This document shows positions 1 to 14,400 of a stretch of DNA of 64,000 nucleotides, in pieces. The DNA is taken from positions 7,378,001 to 7,442,000 of the forward strand of contig NC_047015.1 of NCBI RefSeq assembly GCF_902652985.1, in the 5' to 3' direction. Below the pieces are notes generated by a model, which did not search any database, was not told the origin of the DNA, and saw only the letters and a program-made list of their open reading frames with translations. The stretch comes from Pecten maximus. Its lineage: Eukaryota. Made by a program: the position numbers and the translations under genes. Every line of letters starts with the position of its first letter. Positions within the stretch are counted from its first letter, which is position 1.

Positions 1-699
1 CATACATGGCTTCTATTAGGCTGTCAAGTTTATATCTTAATACTTTTAAAGCAAGGTGTAAACACTGCTTCTCTAATATCAAGAGGTTTGAAACACTTAT
101 GCTCCTAAAATGTAACCACAAAATTGAAAAACAAAATAATAAAAAATGTCTGGACTATGTATATATGGTGCCATTCATAATCACATGTTATTATATTATC
201 TTCACAAATAACTTGTGTAGTGAATGAAATTTTGCATGTATATAACTCCAATATCATAATGAAAAATGACTGACTAATGAATGTAGTGGGAACATTAAAT
301 TTTAATTAAACTTATTTGTTATTTTGTATTTGAAATATTTTGAAGCATTATATATCAGATTAAAATGAAATTGATGGTATCTGGATAAATATTTTATTGA
401 GACAAAATGTACGATTTATGACACATAATGATAAAATGTCAAAAGCAATTTGTAATTTAATTGATTACATTGGTTAAATAATTGTTATTTAATTAATTAC
501 TTTGTAAAACTCCAGTAATTGTAATTTAATTGAGCAAACCCTAAAAGTAATAGTAATTTAATCAATAACATCACCATGTTATTTGGCCCATCCCTGTGTA
601 AAACATGTTATATTGATCAAAATTGTTAGACTGTAAATGTTCCGCGGTTTTACTTGCTTACATCTTGACACAATATGATAGCGTATTTGTCCTATGATT

Positions 700-1130
700 A
701 ACAAGAGGCCCAATCGGCCTGTATCACCCACCTGGTTCTACAGTAAGTTTGATGTTGATCTAAGTCATTTCTACGGATACTATGCTGATTACTACTTTAT
801 TCAAATATCAGAGAAGGCTAAGTTTAAATCAATAAATGCTTTATTCCAAAATACTTTTGACCTAATATCAGGTCTTAGAGTGTCTTGGCCATCGAGAAAT
901 CATTCTTTAAACATTTAAGCATTTAAGACTCTTGGTTTTTGAGAGGTCATTTGAAGAATTTAGCCTATTTGACCCTTATGACCTTGAATGTAGGTCAAGG
1001 TAATTTATTTAAACAAACATGGTAGCAATTCACTCAAGCATGATATAGGCCTAATATCAACTCTCTGGGCTTCTTGGTTATTGAGAAGTTCAGGGTAGAT
1101 TGAAGCCTTTTTGGCCCCATGACATTGCAT
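700..1130. mobile_element. Fragment of an interspersed tgaccttg-type repeat (non-autonomous Helentron/HINE-like); a related unit recurs at ~2061-2155
   Basis: Starts aacaagaggccc..ggcct..cacctg; internal palindrome tgaccttgaa..ggtcaagg occurs at ~980 and ~2068. Family assignment is from memory and was not searched. Confidence 0.45.
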
Positions 1131-2259
1131 CGTACAGTAAGCTATTTCGAAAGTTTCTTTCCATTTATGTTAAATGACATGAACAGGCTTGCCCCTCAAA
1201 TCATAAATATTAACTTTACAGCGCAGTCCAAAAAATACAAACCAGCATAATAAATCCGAAACATCTGATGTATTTAAATATCTTGGTACTCGTTGTATAA
1301 ACATTATTCTTTGTCAATTACGAAATAAGGCAACTAATCTAAATTAGGATACGTAGTTATAAGGATCATCTAATTGAACTCCAAAGTGTGGGTGCAACCA
1401 GTCTTTTGAAACTGTAACACACTACTTTACTGAATGTAATCTGTATCGAGATCCCTGCCGATCACTCAAACAACAATTATACCATCAATATCATATTCAC
1501 ATGTTAATGCTCTTACACATGGTTGTGTCAGTTGTAATGATATCCAGAATAAAGATATCCTTATGCATATATCCAATTTCATATTATAATCAAAGAGTCT
1601 TTAATTTCTGAATAAGCAATATTTAGATATACATTGAACCTTAAATTACTTCATTATGCAAAACCTATACAGTCTTCTTTTTCATTTCTCTTTTCTTTTA
1701 TTGTTCTCTCTCTTTCTTTAATAATTATATTGTGTTTGTATTAAGTAAATGTATACATATGGACTTTAAAGTCTGTATCTGTTGGGGTAATAAACTCAAT
1801 TTGACTTAATATATACACTTATCAATTAAAAAAAATCAAAATTAATTTTAAGAGAGTTTTTGAATAATGAAACATTTTCTTCCCATTAAGGAGTTATCTC
1901 ACTTTTTTGTTACATCATCTTCATCTTCATGTATGTATTTATGTTCATGTTTGTTTACCACCTGTTATATAAGGCGAGGACTAATACAGGCAATGCCTGC
2001 TGTCCAATCATATTGACACACTTTCATCTGTGTCAATGAAATATGTTGAAATTGAAATTGACTCCTGTGACCTTGAATTTAGGTCAAGATCATTCATTTG
2101 AACAAACTTGGTAGCCTTTACTCAATCATACCACATAACAAATATAATGCCTCTGTGTCACAATTAACGGACAGATATCTAAAACTTTACAAGGTTGCCA
2201 CTAAGAAGACGTCTCATGAAAGCCATTTTATTCGTTCTACAATTGCCACATATACTTAC

Positions 2260-2435
2260 CCGCTTTTGCAAAGTCTGCAAGCTCGTTGACCTCTTCAAAA
2301 TTTAGCGTCGTTAGATTTTGCAGGAACAATGACCATTTGAAGGGAACGATATCAAACGGACTACAGTCCCGACAACTTCCAAGCAGGATGAATTCACCCG
2401 AAGGATTCATCTTGGAATTACAGTTAATCTCACAC
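2260..2435 (-). CDS. REJ module exon
   Basis: (K)CEINCNSKMNPSGEFILLGSCRDCSPFDIVPFKWSL...; acceptor ttgtag|GTGT, donor GCGG|gtaagt; phase 2-1. Confidence 0.88.
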
Positions 2436-5400
2436 CTACAATTGATTTATGCGATGTTTTATATTCAACTGGACTCAACTTTTTATCATATTTATAATTA
2501 CACTAGGCAATTGATGGCTATTAACTTGTATCAAACCAAACTCAGCAAACACTTTAAATATTGTAATATGATGCAATATATATGTATAAGTTTAGACCAA
2601 CTGTGTGTAAGGCAATAGTATCAAGTTTAGACCAACTGTATGCAGGCCAATATTCATCAAGTTTCATCACATTTGACTATATGTAAAATGGTCATAAAAT
2701 GTAAAATTAAATAAACTGCCGACCTGAGAAAAAGTGCTCTTTTTAAAAATGCAATTCATTCTTAAATAATTGCAGGTTATTCTTTAACCTTCTCCTTGAT
2801 ATTTCAATGTCGCGTTCAAAATATATGTATATGTAATAATAAAAAAAATAATTCAAGGTTCTGAGATAATAATATATGCTTAGCCGAAGTTTAATCTAAA
2901 TAGTCCGTAATTTTATGAATATAATATCAGTGATACCTTAATACTTTGGTCTAGTAAACTAAAGTCAGTTTTAACTTACATTGGGGTTATTGTAATACCT
3001 TGGTCTAGTAAACTAAAGTCAGTATTGACTTTCATTAGTGTTACTCTTACACTTCAGTCTAGTAAAATAAAGTCGGTATCAACTTATATAAGTGTTACTT
3101 TAATAGTTCCATGTAATAAACTAAAGTCAGTATCAACTTACATTGGGGTTATTGTAATACCTTGGTCTAGTAAACTAAAGTCAGTTTTAACTTACATTAG
3201 AGTTCTTGTAATACCTTGGTCTAGTAAACTAAAGTCAGTTTTAACTTACATTAGAGTTCTTGTAATACCTTGGTCTAGTAAACTAAAGTCAGTTTTAACT
3301 TACATTGGGGTTATTGTAATACTTTGGTCTAGTAAACTAAAGTCAGTTTGAACTTACATTGGTGTTACTCTTACACTTCAGTCTAGTAAAATAAAGTCAG
3401 TATCAACTTATATTAGTGTTACTCTAATAGTTCCATGTAATAAAATAAAGTTAGTATTAACTTACATTAGTATTACTCTAATACTTTGGTCAAGTATAAT
3501 AAAATCAGTATTAACTTACATTAGAGTTCTTGTAATACTTTGGCCTAGTAAAATAAAGTCAGTATTAACTTATATTAATGTTACGCTATATTTGAAACTA
3601 GTAAAATAAAGTAAGTATTAACTTACATTGGTGTTCTTGTAATACTTCCGTCTATTAAAATAGCGATAGTATCAACTTACTTGATATGTAGCTGCTTAGG
3701 TTCTCCATCTATCACAACTAAAGTTTGTTGGGCAATCGACGTTCGTTCATCCTTCTGTACTACCACTTCAAAAACGTTTTCAGAGTTAGGTTTGAACAGA
3801 AACGAATTCAAAGTAAAGATACCATCTTTTATCTCCAAGTTGCCGATTCCTGTTCCAAAACAGCCCTTTCCCCAAGTCATATTTTGTCGCTGTTCAATAG
3901 TTGGAATCGTCACAGTCGTTGGACTACCACTGGGGAATGTTTCGTGCGAAAGACGACACCTCCATGTAAATGTCAACCCCGTTTTGTTCGTCGCATCGAG
4001 TATGTCCGGGTCGTATGAATCGGACAATGCATCCATTTCAAAATCCGTGTTAAAGCCGATGCTTCGCATAACGCCACCTACAAAGCTGGCCGAAAGCGAT
4101 GTGTTGGTGATATTCAAATACGTGAAGTGGATAGAGGAGAGTCCGTGAATCTCAATCATAGACACGTTTAAAACTATTTTATAATGACCGGCTATGAAGG
4201 TGCTAGGAGGTAATAACATTCTGAAGCGATCAGTATCCACAAGGTCTAAAGGAAATTCGTTAAAGATGTAGTTCAGATACGTTTTACCTTCATCAATCTT
4301 GTAAATTTTCCACTCATAGCTGACTTCATCCGAAGCCTTACAGTTGACTTCTGCTGTGCCCTCGAGAATTATTCTTTCTGATCTATAATGATGGACTGGG
4401 CGGTCAATTTGCTGGTCTCCTCCTTCTATGTTTACCTTAGGATAGAAGCAACTGATCCCAGTGATGATTGCTAAGTCAGTGACCGTCTGAGTTGACACGA
4501 TGTTGAAACCTGTCACATTTACCGTGAATGTACCATTTGTTCTATACATATGTGAATGTTCCAAAACTGCCGTTGGTGACCAATTAACATAATAATATTT
4601 ATTTGTTCTCGCTTCGTCTTCGCACAAACTTTCCCCATATATCGTTTCCTGTGAACCGTCACCCATGTCCCAAACAAAACACGAATCCGTTCCGGGTCGT
4701 GCTAGTTCCATTTTAAACGTGATCGTTTCAAAAGCGTCCGACGGGCCATCGTTACTAATGGTATGGATCTGAACTATCTGCTGCAGAGTGATGATGTCCT
4801 CTGCTGTGTCAGAAAACAGCTGATTGGAAGCGTTCAGTTTGATGTTGTAAGTGCCTGGATTATCAATCTTTCGCCTCATTACTTCATCTGTACTTGTCAA
4901 AGAGACGCCGTCCCCGAACATCAGACCAAAAACTAGATTATTACCGCTGGACACGGATGCGTTTATTATGATATTCCTTTCCAGTGGGAATATGTTACTT
5001 CTGTCACCATGTCCGTAGTTGGGCAGGTCAAATTTATCGGACATAGCATAATATCTCACGAAAGCGAGTCCCTTTACCTCCGTCAATACCCAGATCTCTA
5101 CCTCAGCTGTGGCTGTCGATACTGCGTTTCCAACAGTAAAAGTCACAACGTATAACCCTTTCTGCTGAAAGGTGTGTGTTTTCGATATATGTCTATTGTT
5201 GAATATATCTTGATCTAACGCCCCCGATAGCCCGTAGCCATCTTTGAAAGATATTTCGTATTTGGGATGCGATGCAACACCAATCAAGAAATCAAAATGG
5301 ACTTGACCGTTGACAGGTATATACATCTTGTTTACATGTATTGATAATCCTTCTATTTTTCTTTGAATGCTAATCCAGTTTATCATTAGTACTGAATTTA

Positions 5401-8400
5401 ACTTGTTAGAACAGTTGACAAACATTTCTACATCTCCGACAAGTTCAACGTTATCCCAAGATGTATTCAGGTAAACCGGATTTGTGTTGTCCATAAGTTC
5501 TATGTAAACACTCGAAGAGTAAGTGTTATTCAGAATTGTCAAACACACCATGTGGGATGGTGGGTCCTCACCTCCGATAAACGACAGTTCAGAAGATATG
5601 TTGCCAGGGGGAGACAGCACAAGGGGATTGAGCACTTGAAGAACAATTTCTCTAACGGGATTCTGTACGGAGATGAATTGAGACACCCTGGATTGAGAAG
5701 AGTTGACGTTTTTAGCGGTAACTGTCACGCTGTAGGTACCGACGTCTGAGTAGATGAATGGGAAATGGACAGATGTCTGTCCGCGTCGAATATTGTTTAA
5801 TGATAGGGAAGTATTTTCATTATTTCCGAAATCGACATTAAGTGTCACATTCGATCCTGTTAATGTCCTGATTGTATGGACTATTTCGGTTCCCTTTGTA
5901 ATAACGTATTTACTACTGGACACACTCAATCCAGAAATAGGTTCTTCAATGATGAAATTTTTCTGCGAAATAAGAAAACTCACCATGTTCGATATGTTTA
6001 AAGTGGTCTGAAAAACCCCTGGATTGAAGGTATGACTGAAGGTGAAGTACGAATTGTTTTTCGTGTCACTGACGTATTCGTACAGCGTGTTGCCATCACC
6101 AAACGCACAGTGTATATAGATGTTTGCGAAAGGTATCAAGGACTTGGATGTGATAACGAAGTCAATGTCTCCAGGATAAGACTTGTTTCGCTCTTTACAG
6201 TCCAAGAGGAAACTTCCGATCACGTCTTGGATAAACACTTGATGAGTGAATGTATTCTGGGAATTGATGTTGCTGGCAGAAATGATAACTGTGTAATTCC
6301 CAGAGGCCGAATACCTGAAGAATAAATAACAATCATTACTATTTCATTGTACATGCTCTTCAGAAGATATTATCATACATTATTCACCTACAATATAATA
6401 AAACTGTGGTAATTTTCGATGAATAAAACAAAACTTGCGACTTTGGTATAAGGACAAGAAACAAACACAGCAAATATAATTTTCATGGAAATCGTCAGGA
6501 TGATTATCATATAAATCTAACCTATGGGTCATAGACACTGGTGAAAGGAACGCAAGGTCCTCTGGGTCATCAACAACATCAACTCCTCCATCGCCGTAGT
6601 CAGCAGTGTACCGGACGTGTGATCCCCTCGCCAGTTGTAATGTAAACACCACGGCATCACCCACGCGGTAGAATTTGAATTCAGTGGACACTACAAACCC
6701 TAGGATTGGGTCCTGATTGGTCTCGTCAATGACTTTGAACATAATGGAAAATATCTTATATCAAAATGGGCCTTTACACAGTAGAAATATAATGTCGTAT
6801 ATCCAATACTCATTTACGGGTTACATGTATAAATAAATGTTTGGTAATCAATGTATTCGCTACCTGCACATGTTGAACCCGGAGGTTGACCGTCCTCCAC
6901 GCCTATATCCATGAAGCCGGTGAAGCAGATACAGTGATACACACCTGACGATTGGGTACAGGTGGAGTAAGGAGAACAACTGTTCCACTCCTCACTCTCA
7001 CACTCGTCTACAGCTGTACGGAAAGAAAACAATGATATAAATCGTTCAATGGGGGTTTGCAATCGACTTTGTCACATGCTTAATCACACGTACTATAAGC
7101 GTTATCAAATTTCAAAAAATACCCTTCTGAAATTGTCGGTCAAACACTACACAAGATATACACAACGGTCGGGCTGTATAATCATCGAAAGGCTACCTGA
7201 TACAGAAATGTCTCCGGGAAGGACCTCAAGTCCTTTTGATTGTAAAACAGGGATCCCAACGACAAGAGAGTCCACGATGTCCGTCTCCTGCGCTGTACTG
7301 TCCACGTGGAAATACACCGTGGATATAACAATGATACTTCCCGGAGCATATCTTTCTATAGTTGTTCCAAGGTAATTGCTTTCAAATCCAGTAACCATGA
7401 AAATTTTGGCAACCTGAAATGAAAAGCTTACACGATAAAATTATACCAACCCAAGTTGTCAAGGATTTTGCAATAATCGAAAATATATGAAGATTCAGAG
7501 AAACTTTGACACCCATATTAAATTTCAAAGTGGTTGGCTCTGTAATCGTCCTGATATATATCCTTTCGGGCATGTTGTAACGTTAAAGCGACTATAACTG
7601 TAAAAGTCACGGTTGGAAAATATAATCAGGCATGATATTTTCTATTTTTGCTATATCACAAAGCAAAGACTATTCCTCACATATGAAAATTGAAAGTGTC
7701 GTCAACCATGTTTTGGGAATACCTCTATCTCAACACTCTGCGCAGACTCGTCGCTTTCTCCGCGGAGCATTGTTAACATACATTAACAGGTGTAAACAAT
7801 GGTTTCAGAAACCATCAACATATATGTATACATTGGAGGAACATGTTTTACGGCACGAGCTCGTGTATCGCTATATCTTAAACGGTTAGGCTCGAATATC
7901 GCTATATCTCAAACTAATTTTTCTATCTATCGTTTAATGAGTATGCACTCTTGTTATATATTGGATATAAGCGTAATAGATACCACAGCACCTACCGAGG
8001 AAGTATAAGAGTCTGACATATATGTATGTAACTCAGATTCAGCATCACTCAACTCGTCAGTATAAACTGCTTCACTGTCATTCACTTTTAGTACTCTTAT
8101 TGTGGTGTTGAAGACCCTGGCATCTGTCGAATGTAATAAAAATAGTATGATCTGTATACAATACAATCACGATTATTAGATATGTATACAATGTAATCAT
8201 TATTATATGTAATGTACACAATACAATCATTATCTGTAATATATGCAATGTAATCATTAGTATATGTTCTGGAAACAATGTAATTATTATTATCTGTAAT
8301 GTATACAATGTAATCATTATAATATTATGTATACAATGTTATCATTATGTTCTGCAAACAATGTAATCATTATTATCTGTAATGTATATAATGTAATCAT

Positions 8401-11400
8401 TATAATGTTATGTATACAATGTAATCATTATAATGTTATGCATACAATGTTATCATTATGTTCTGCAAACAATGTAATCATTATTATCTGTAATGTATAT
8501 AATGTAATCATTATAATGTTATGTATACAATGTAATTATTATTATCTGTAATGTATACAATGTAATCATTATAATATTATGTATACAATGTTATCACTAT
8601 AATATGTTATGTTCACAATGTAATCTTTATTATTTGTAATGTATATAATGTAATCATTACATTCTGTTGTGTATGTAATCTAATTATTATATGTTATGAA
8701 TAAATCGTAATCTTTATTATCTGTTATGTAGATAATGTTATAATAATATGTGTATTTCTAATATAATCATTACAATATATTATGTAAACATTGTAATCGT
8801 ATATATATGTTATGCATACAATGTTGTCCATGTGTCAATGTATTTCTAATGTAATCTATGGATTTCTAATCTAATGCATATACAATATAATATATTCTAA
8901 TGTAATCATTACAGTCTGTATATTGTTATCATACCAATATCTAATAAAGCGGAACAAACAAAAAAGATGTACAAATAATAACTGTATTTTCATATTATAA
9001 TGAGGATAAAAGGTGTAGGTATACTGTACAAAGACAACAAGAAGTATTAAAACAAAAAACATGCGAACAGGAAAGACACTGTCACAAAGTGGCCGTGTCT
9101 AGTTATATATACTTCTATTGTTAAAACAATACAACCAAATGCTATGTAGCCTTTTATATCCAGCTGTTTAAGGTTTCTTCCTGATAATGGTATGTATATT
9201 AATACACAGATTGTATTGAAACCTCAATTACCAAGACATTCGTAAGGTGTTTTCTGGTAAAATCCCTTCTCGCAAGCGCATGCGTAATTGCCTTGGTTAT
9301 TCCAACACTTTGAATGACTTGGACACGGGTTGCTCTTGCATTCGTCGATATCTGTAATGTTTATTAACATATATGTGACAGGTACATATTCATGGATAAT
9401 TTAATCACTATATTTGTATGGTGTTCTAAGTCCTGTACATATACATGTGTCACTGGTGTGATGTGGAGACTACCTTGTCTGTTTATAGTAAAGTGGTGTA
9501 TCTTATCTGTGTAGTCCAGTGGTCTTCTTGTGTATGTCCATATAAGGTATTATTTGTCATTTAAATATAAATTACAGTGTGAAAGTGTGAGAAAGCATGC
9601 AAAAGTGAGTTAAAGTTAACTAAAACCTTTGACAATAACCGCGCACGTCGCAGTAATCCATGAGCCGTAGCAATGGACACATCCTCTATGGTACTTGGCT
9701 TGTCTAACATTTATTGGACGACTGTTTCACCAGACTTGTGTTTTGGAAGGTAAATTATATTTTTATATCGTATCTGTTGGCTGTAATTGAAGATTCTATT
9801 ATTACAGTATGGGTCGCGGGTAGTCATTTTCACAATGTTATATATATTTATAACACAGGTTTATTGGCCTGTATTTGTATTTCAGGGGTTTTTCGTTTGT
9901 TATTTGTACGTCTCTGATAAAAAAAGAATAAAGAACCAGCAGGATGATACACACTCTTAAGTTGTCTTTTTCACCCTGTGACATTTATATATTGAAAAAT
10001 TTGTTAATTATTGTTATGTTACTAACACAGTGCTATTAGACAATTTGTCGATATCTAAGTTTAAATACACATAAATATTGGACAATCTGTTGATATATCA
10101 TTCTTGTACTGTAGGTGAAACGTGATAACATCGGGTTAGGGACACGTGATACATACATTAAAACAAAAGGTACTTACCGACGCACGTGTTCCCATCCATA
10201 GTGAAGCCAGGTAGACATGAGCACCGGTAACTTCCAACAGAGTTCTCACAGGTGGCAAACTCCATACAAGGTGACCACAAACATTCATTTATATCTGAAT
10301 CATAAAACATATTAATATTATTAATATCAAATGATCCATAACAGATAGTCGAAGCAACCAGATAAAATTTTAACATCAACCACAAAATACCATAGTGATT
10401 TTGATAGGACTCAACCACATGCAAGTTAATTTCCTCTTTTAGCATCCGACAACTTAGGCACTTTATAAATGACGCAGAAAAATACAACACTATCTGAACA
10501 TAAACATAATGCTATATTCAAAGTATTGAATTTTACTACTGTGTATAGCATACCTTCGCAAGATCGGTCATCAACCATTACGTAACCGCCAACACATGTA
10601 CACATGTAGCTACCTGCCGTATTGTCACAGACAGAGTGACTCGGGCACGGGGAGGGATCAACGTTACACTCGTTTATGTCTGCAATTAAAGGGAAGCAAC
10701 TCTAATAGTACGGTTGTATGATCATTGTATAAATAGAGGTTACACAACGAGTGGTTGTTGGATATGGAATTTATTTCACACGAGTAAGTTATTTTTTAAA
10801 AGTTACAAAAGACACGAGCTTTAGCGAGTGTTTTTTGCAACTTTTAAAAAATAACTTACGAGTGTGAAATGAATTCCATATCCAACAATCACGAGTCGTG
10901 TAACCTGTTTCTACCACAATAATATCGGCTTGAATCAAAGGGAAACGTGGCCAAGTATAATATTCGCGTATGCTAATAAAGTGTACCGGTAACGTCCGGG
11001 ACCCGGTGATGTGACGTCATTAGATTATTGATGACGTCAATAACAATTGCAGCTTGGGTCAAAGTTCACCGTGTTAGCCAATCAAAATGCGTACAGAGTT
11101 TATACCACGTGTGGTATAAACAGATTGTTAATCAACAGCTGTAATGATTAACTGATGGTCTGAGAGTTGAATAACACGGGGTATTGTGGTAGAAATGTAA
11201 CTAAATATTACTTTAAAGATGTATAACATTTTATGGTGCATTTGAAGTGTTATACAAAAACAAATGTATTTACATTTGTCTGGCATTGTCACTATATAGT
11301 CTGTTTGAGAGATTGGCATTGATGTACGCTTAAATGCCGTCCATCACGCGCTACACTTATCACCGTATTAATACAACACAAACGGGAACTACATATCAAA

Positions 11401-14400
11401 TAAACATTGTTTATAATTAAGTTTAATGACTAATATTTTTTTCTACATTATTTGTTTTGTTATAAAAAATATGTCATTTGCGCATTACGTTGATAATAAA
11501 TGATAAACAAAATTGAGCTTTTAAAAAACAATTCCATGTACTATTTTGTTTGTCAAAAAGCACGCGACCATGTTCCGGCTGTTCCAACGACTGACGAAAA
11601 ATCTGCTGACCGTCGGTAAGGCGGAAATTATGAATTTTGAATATGAATTATAGCATTTAAACAATAAAAAAGGTAAAAGGAATGTAAATATACGCGTTGA
11701 ACTGTTTTTGTATGGTATTTATAATCTATTTGAATGCCAACATAATGTGCTGCTAACGCACATTATGTCGTTTGCTTGCAAATCTTTGGCATTCAAATAG
11801 ATCATAAATACCATACAAAAGCAGTTCAATGCTTAAATATAAAATCTAGCAGGGTCAATGGATGATATATATACACACGTATATTTCAAAAGATACAATC
11901 AACAAGTTAGTTCGCAAACGTTTTCAGAGTTCATTTTGAGAGTTACGTTATTAGGTTTCAGCTTCATTTATTAGAAATATCCACCTACCTTCACACATCG
12001 TTCCAATATCGATATACCCAGTTTGACAAGTGCATGTGTAACTCCCGGGTATGTTGGTACAGTTGGCATTGGGAGGGCAAAGACCGTACATACATTCGTC
12101 TATATCTGAAAAAAAAACAATGTCTTAGATAATTAGCTACCACTATACCGAAGCAAAATTTGCACTGAGGTAAGGAGTAAATAATACATTAAGGTAGGGA
12201 GTAAATAATACACTGAGGTATGGAGTAAATAATACATTAAGTTAGGGAGTAAATAATACACTGAGGTAGGGAGTAAATAATACACTGAGGTAGGTAGGGA
12301 GTAAATAATACACTGAGGTAGGTAGGGAGTAAATAATACACTCAGGTAGGGAGTAAATAATACACTCAGGTAGGGAGTAAATAATACACTGAGGTAGGTA
12401 GGGAGTAAATAATACACTGAGGTAGGGAGTAAATAATACACTGAGGTAGGTAGGGAGTAAATAATACACTGAGGTAGGGAGTAAATAATACACTGAGGTA
12501 GGGAGTAAATAATACACTGAGGTAGGGAGTAAATAATACACTGAGGTAGGTAGGGAGTAAATAATACACTGAGGTAGGGAGTAAATAATACATTAAGGTA
12601 GGGAGTAAATAATACACGGAGGTAGGGAGTAAATAATACACTGAGGTAGGTAGGGAGTAAATAATACACTGAAGTAGGGAGTAAATAATACACTGAGGTA
12701 GGTAGGGAGTAAATAATACACTGAGGTAGGGAGTAAATAATACACTGAGGTAGGGAGTAAATAATACACTGAAGTAGGGGGTAAATAATACACTGGGGTA
12801 GGGAGTTATTAATACAGCATAGTATAGTGTATAGTACTTACCTTTACATGTGTTACTGATGGCGGTGTATAGTACTTACCTTTACATGTGTTACTGATGG
12901 CGGTGTATAGTACCTTACCTTCACAGTTGTTGTTGATGGCGGTGTATAGTACTTACCTTTACATGTGTTACTGATGGCGGTGTATAGTACTTACCTTTAC
13001 ATGTGTTACTGATGGCGGTGTATAGTACCTTACCTTCACAGGTGTTATTGATGGCGGTGTATAGTACTTACCTTCACAGTTGTTATTGATGTTTGTGTAT
13101 AGTACTTACCTTTACATGTGTTACTGATGTGGTGTATAGTACTTACCATTACAGGTGTTATTGATGTTTGTGTATATTACTTACCTTTACAGGTGTTATT
13201 GATGGCGGTGTATAGTACTTACCTTTACAGGTGTTATTGATGGCGGTGTATAGTACTTACCTTTACATGTGTTACTGATGTGGTGTATAGTACTTACCTT
13301 TACAGGTGTTATTGATGGCGGTGTATAGTACTTACCTTCACAGTTGTTGTTGATGGCGGTGTATAGTACTTACCTTTACAGGTGTTATTGATGTTGGTGT
13401 ATAGTACCTTACCTTTACATGTGTTATTGATGGCGGTGTATAGTACTTACCTTTACATGTGTTACCGATGGCGGTGTATAGTACTTACCTTTACATGTGT
13501 TACTGATGGCGGTGTATAGTACTTACCTTTACATGTGTTACTGATGGCGGTGTATAGTACCTTACCTTCACAGGTGTTATTGATGGCGGTGTATAGTACT
13601 TACCTTCACAGTTGTTATTGATGGCGGTGTATAGTACTTACCTTTACATGTGTTACTGATGTGGTGTATAGTACTTACCATTACAGGTGTTATTGATGTT
13701 TGTGTATATTACTTACCTTTACAGGTGTTATTGATGGCAGTGTATAGTACTTACCTTTACAGGTGTTATTGATGGCGGTGTATAGTACTTACCTTTACAT
13801 GTGTTACTGATGTGGTGTATAGTACTTACCTTTACAGGTGTTATTGATGTTGGTGTATAGTACTTACCTTTACAGGTGTTACTGATGTTGGTGTATAGTT
13901 CTTACCTTTACAGGTGTTATTAAGGTTGGTGTATAGTACCTTACCTTTACAGGTGTTACTGATGGCGGTGTATAGTACCTTACCTTCACAGTTGTTGTTG
14001 ATGTTGGTGTATAGTACTTACCTTTACAGGTGTTATTGATTTTGGTGTATAGTACTTACCTTTACATGTGTTATTGATGGCGGTGTATAGTACTTACCTT
14101 TACAGGTGTTATTGATGTTGGTGTATAGTACTTACCTTCACAGGTGTTATTGATGTTGGTGTATAGTACTTACCTTTACATGTGTTATTGATGGCGGTGT
14201 ATAGTACTTACCTTTACATGTGTTATTGATGTTGGTGTATAGTACTTACCTTTACATGTGTTATTGATGGCGGTGTATAGTACTTACCTTTACAGGTGTT
14301 ATTGATGTTGGTGTATAGTACTTACCTTGACAGTTGTTATTGATGTTGGTGTATAGTACTTACCTTTACAGGTGTTATTGATGTTGGTGTATAGTACTTA

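Noticed and set aside
1140-2060. Possible LINE remnants (FKYLG-like codons near 1270; tails near 1790 and 2050)
   Set aside because: Too fragmentary to call without a repeat-library search.
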